A stretch of DNA of 47,612 nt, taken from the NCBI GenBank assembly GCA_902776645.1, contig CACYQT010000031.1:1-47612 (forward strand), read 5' to 3'. Every line of letters begins with the position of its first letter. The stretch's first letter is position 1. Of the stretch, positions 46,767 to 47,612 are shown piece after piece. The notes below the pieces were generated by a model. It was given only the letters and a program-made list of their open reading frames with translations. It was not told where the DNA came from and made no database searches. The stretch comes from an uncultured bacterium. Its GTDB lineage: Bacteria; Verrucomicrobiota; Lentisphaeria; Oligosphaerales; Oligosphaeraceae. Position numbers and translations under genes: made by a program.

Positions 46767-47612
46767 ATGAGCATTTGCAAAACCATCCTGGAAGCGGTCG
46801 GCAACACGCCGCTCGTCGAGCTGCAGAATCTTCCGTCGGCGGATGACGCCCGCATTCTGGTCAAAGTGGAGGCCGTCAACGTCGGCGGCAGCATCAAGAC
46901 CAGAACCGCCCTCAATATGATTGAAGCCGCTGAAAAGGAAGGGCTTATCCACAAAGGATCCGTCATCATCGAACCGACGTCCGGCAATCAGGGCATCGGT
47001 TTGGCGTTGGTCTGCGCCATCAAGAAATACCGCTGCATCATCGTCATGCCGGACTCCGTCTCGCAGGAAAGACGCCACATTCTCGGCCTCTACGGCGCGG
47101 AGCTCGTGCTTGTTCCAGACCATGACAACATCGGCGAATGCATCGAAAACTGCCTGAAGAAGGCGATCGAACTGCGGGACACCATTCCAGGCGGCTTCAT
47201 CCCGCAGCAGTTCTCCAACCCGCACAATCCGGAAGTCCATCGTTGCAAGACCGCGCAGGAAATCATCGAACAGCTTGGGGATGAAAGAGTTGACGCTTTC
47301 TGCGCAGGTTTCGGCACAGGCGGCACGCTCACCGGCATCGGCGCCGTCCTCAAGGCGAAATTCCCGCAGCTCCTCGTCGTCGCCGCGGAACCTGAAAACG
47401 CGGCCATTCTGGCCGGCGGCGCCATCGGCTCCCATCTCCAGCAGGGCATCGGCGACGGCTTGATTCCGGACAATCTGGACGTGAAGCTGATCGATGAAAA
47501 TCTCATCATCACGGACGAAGAAGCCCTTCAGACATCACGGGATCTCGCGCTGCATGAAGGACTCGGCGTTGGCATCTCCTCCGGAACGAACGTCGCATGC
47601 GCCCTCCGCCTC
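46767..47612 (+). CDS. cysK: Cysteine synthase (O-acetylserine sulfhydrylase), partial (runs off window end)
   Basis: MSICKTILEAVGNTPLVEL...VKVEAVNVGGSIKTRTALNMI (PLP Lys in GGSIKTR), GTGGTL glycine loop. Confidence 0.8.
   Translation, partial: MSICKTILEAVGNTPLVELQNLPSADDARILVKVEAVNVGGSIKTRTALNMIEAAEKEGLIHKGSVIIEPTSGNQGIGLALVCAIKKYRCIIVMPDSVSQERRHILGLYGAELVLVPDHDNIGECIENCLKKAIELRDTIPGGFIPQQFSNPHNPEVHRCKTAQEIIEQLGDERVDAFCAGFGTGGTLTGIGAVLKAKFPQLLVVAAEPENAAILAGGAIGSHLQQGIGDGLIPDNLDVKLIDENLIITDEEALQTSRDLALHEGLGVGISSGTNVACALRL

Noticed and set aside
46761-47435. 224-aa minus-strand ORF
   Set aside because: Antisense to cysK, which has clear PLP-enzyme motifs in the plus frame.

Overview
This is a high-GC bacterial chromosomal window of 47.6 kb, with AT-rich promoter spacers and many secreted carbohydrate-active enzymes. 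Nearly all predicted genes were recognised by motif-level reading of the ORF translations; no database search was possible. From left to right it contains: (1) A tightly packed minus-strand block (253-10872). It holds a family-B DNA polymerase, an MraY-family transferase, a small protein kinase, an aconitase-family protein, a catalytically degenerate enolase paralog, a KAS-III-like condensing enzyme and etfBA. (2) A plus-strand block of a TrmH-family RNA methyltransferase and three secreted phosphodiester-processing enzymes (GDPD, esterase, DRGH-type non-specific endonuclease). (3) A tRNA-Gln(TTG)/tRNA-Leu(GAG) pair followed by a bidirectional terminator. (4) A 1416-aa minus-strand protein with an embedded ABC1/UbiB-type atypical kinase domain. 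(5) serA. (6) A heavily reduced dcw cluster: mraZ, an FtsL-like protein, an FtsI remnant lacking the transpeptidase domain, a 300-bp polypurine tandem repeat, then ftsW. (7) nfeD-flotillin, a membrane protein and a DUF362 Fe-S protein. (8) A SWIM-SNF2 helicase, a YkgJ zinc-ribbon/glycosyltransferase fusion, a small repeat protein, and a frameshifted coiled-coil/NYN-nuclease gene. (9) A CAZyme group (BNR sialidase-like, beta-helix, TIM-barrel hydrolase). (10) fmt, rng and the start of cysK. Several unusual short tandem repeat families built on palindromic hexamers (AAGCTT, CTAG) and purine/pyrimidine tracts sit in intergenic spacers. I see no CRISPR array, rRNA, or clear mobile element; most long antisense ORFs are GC-driven artefacts.
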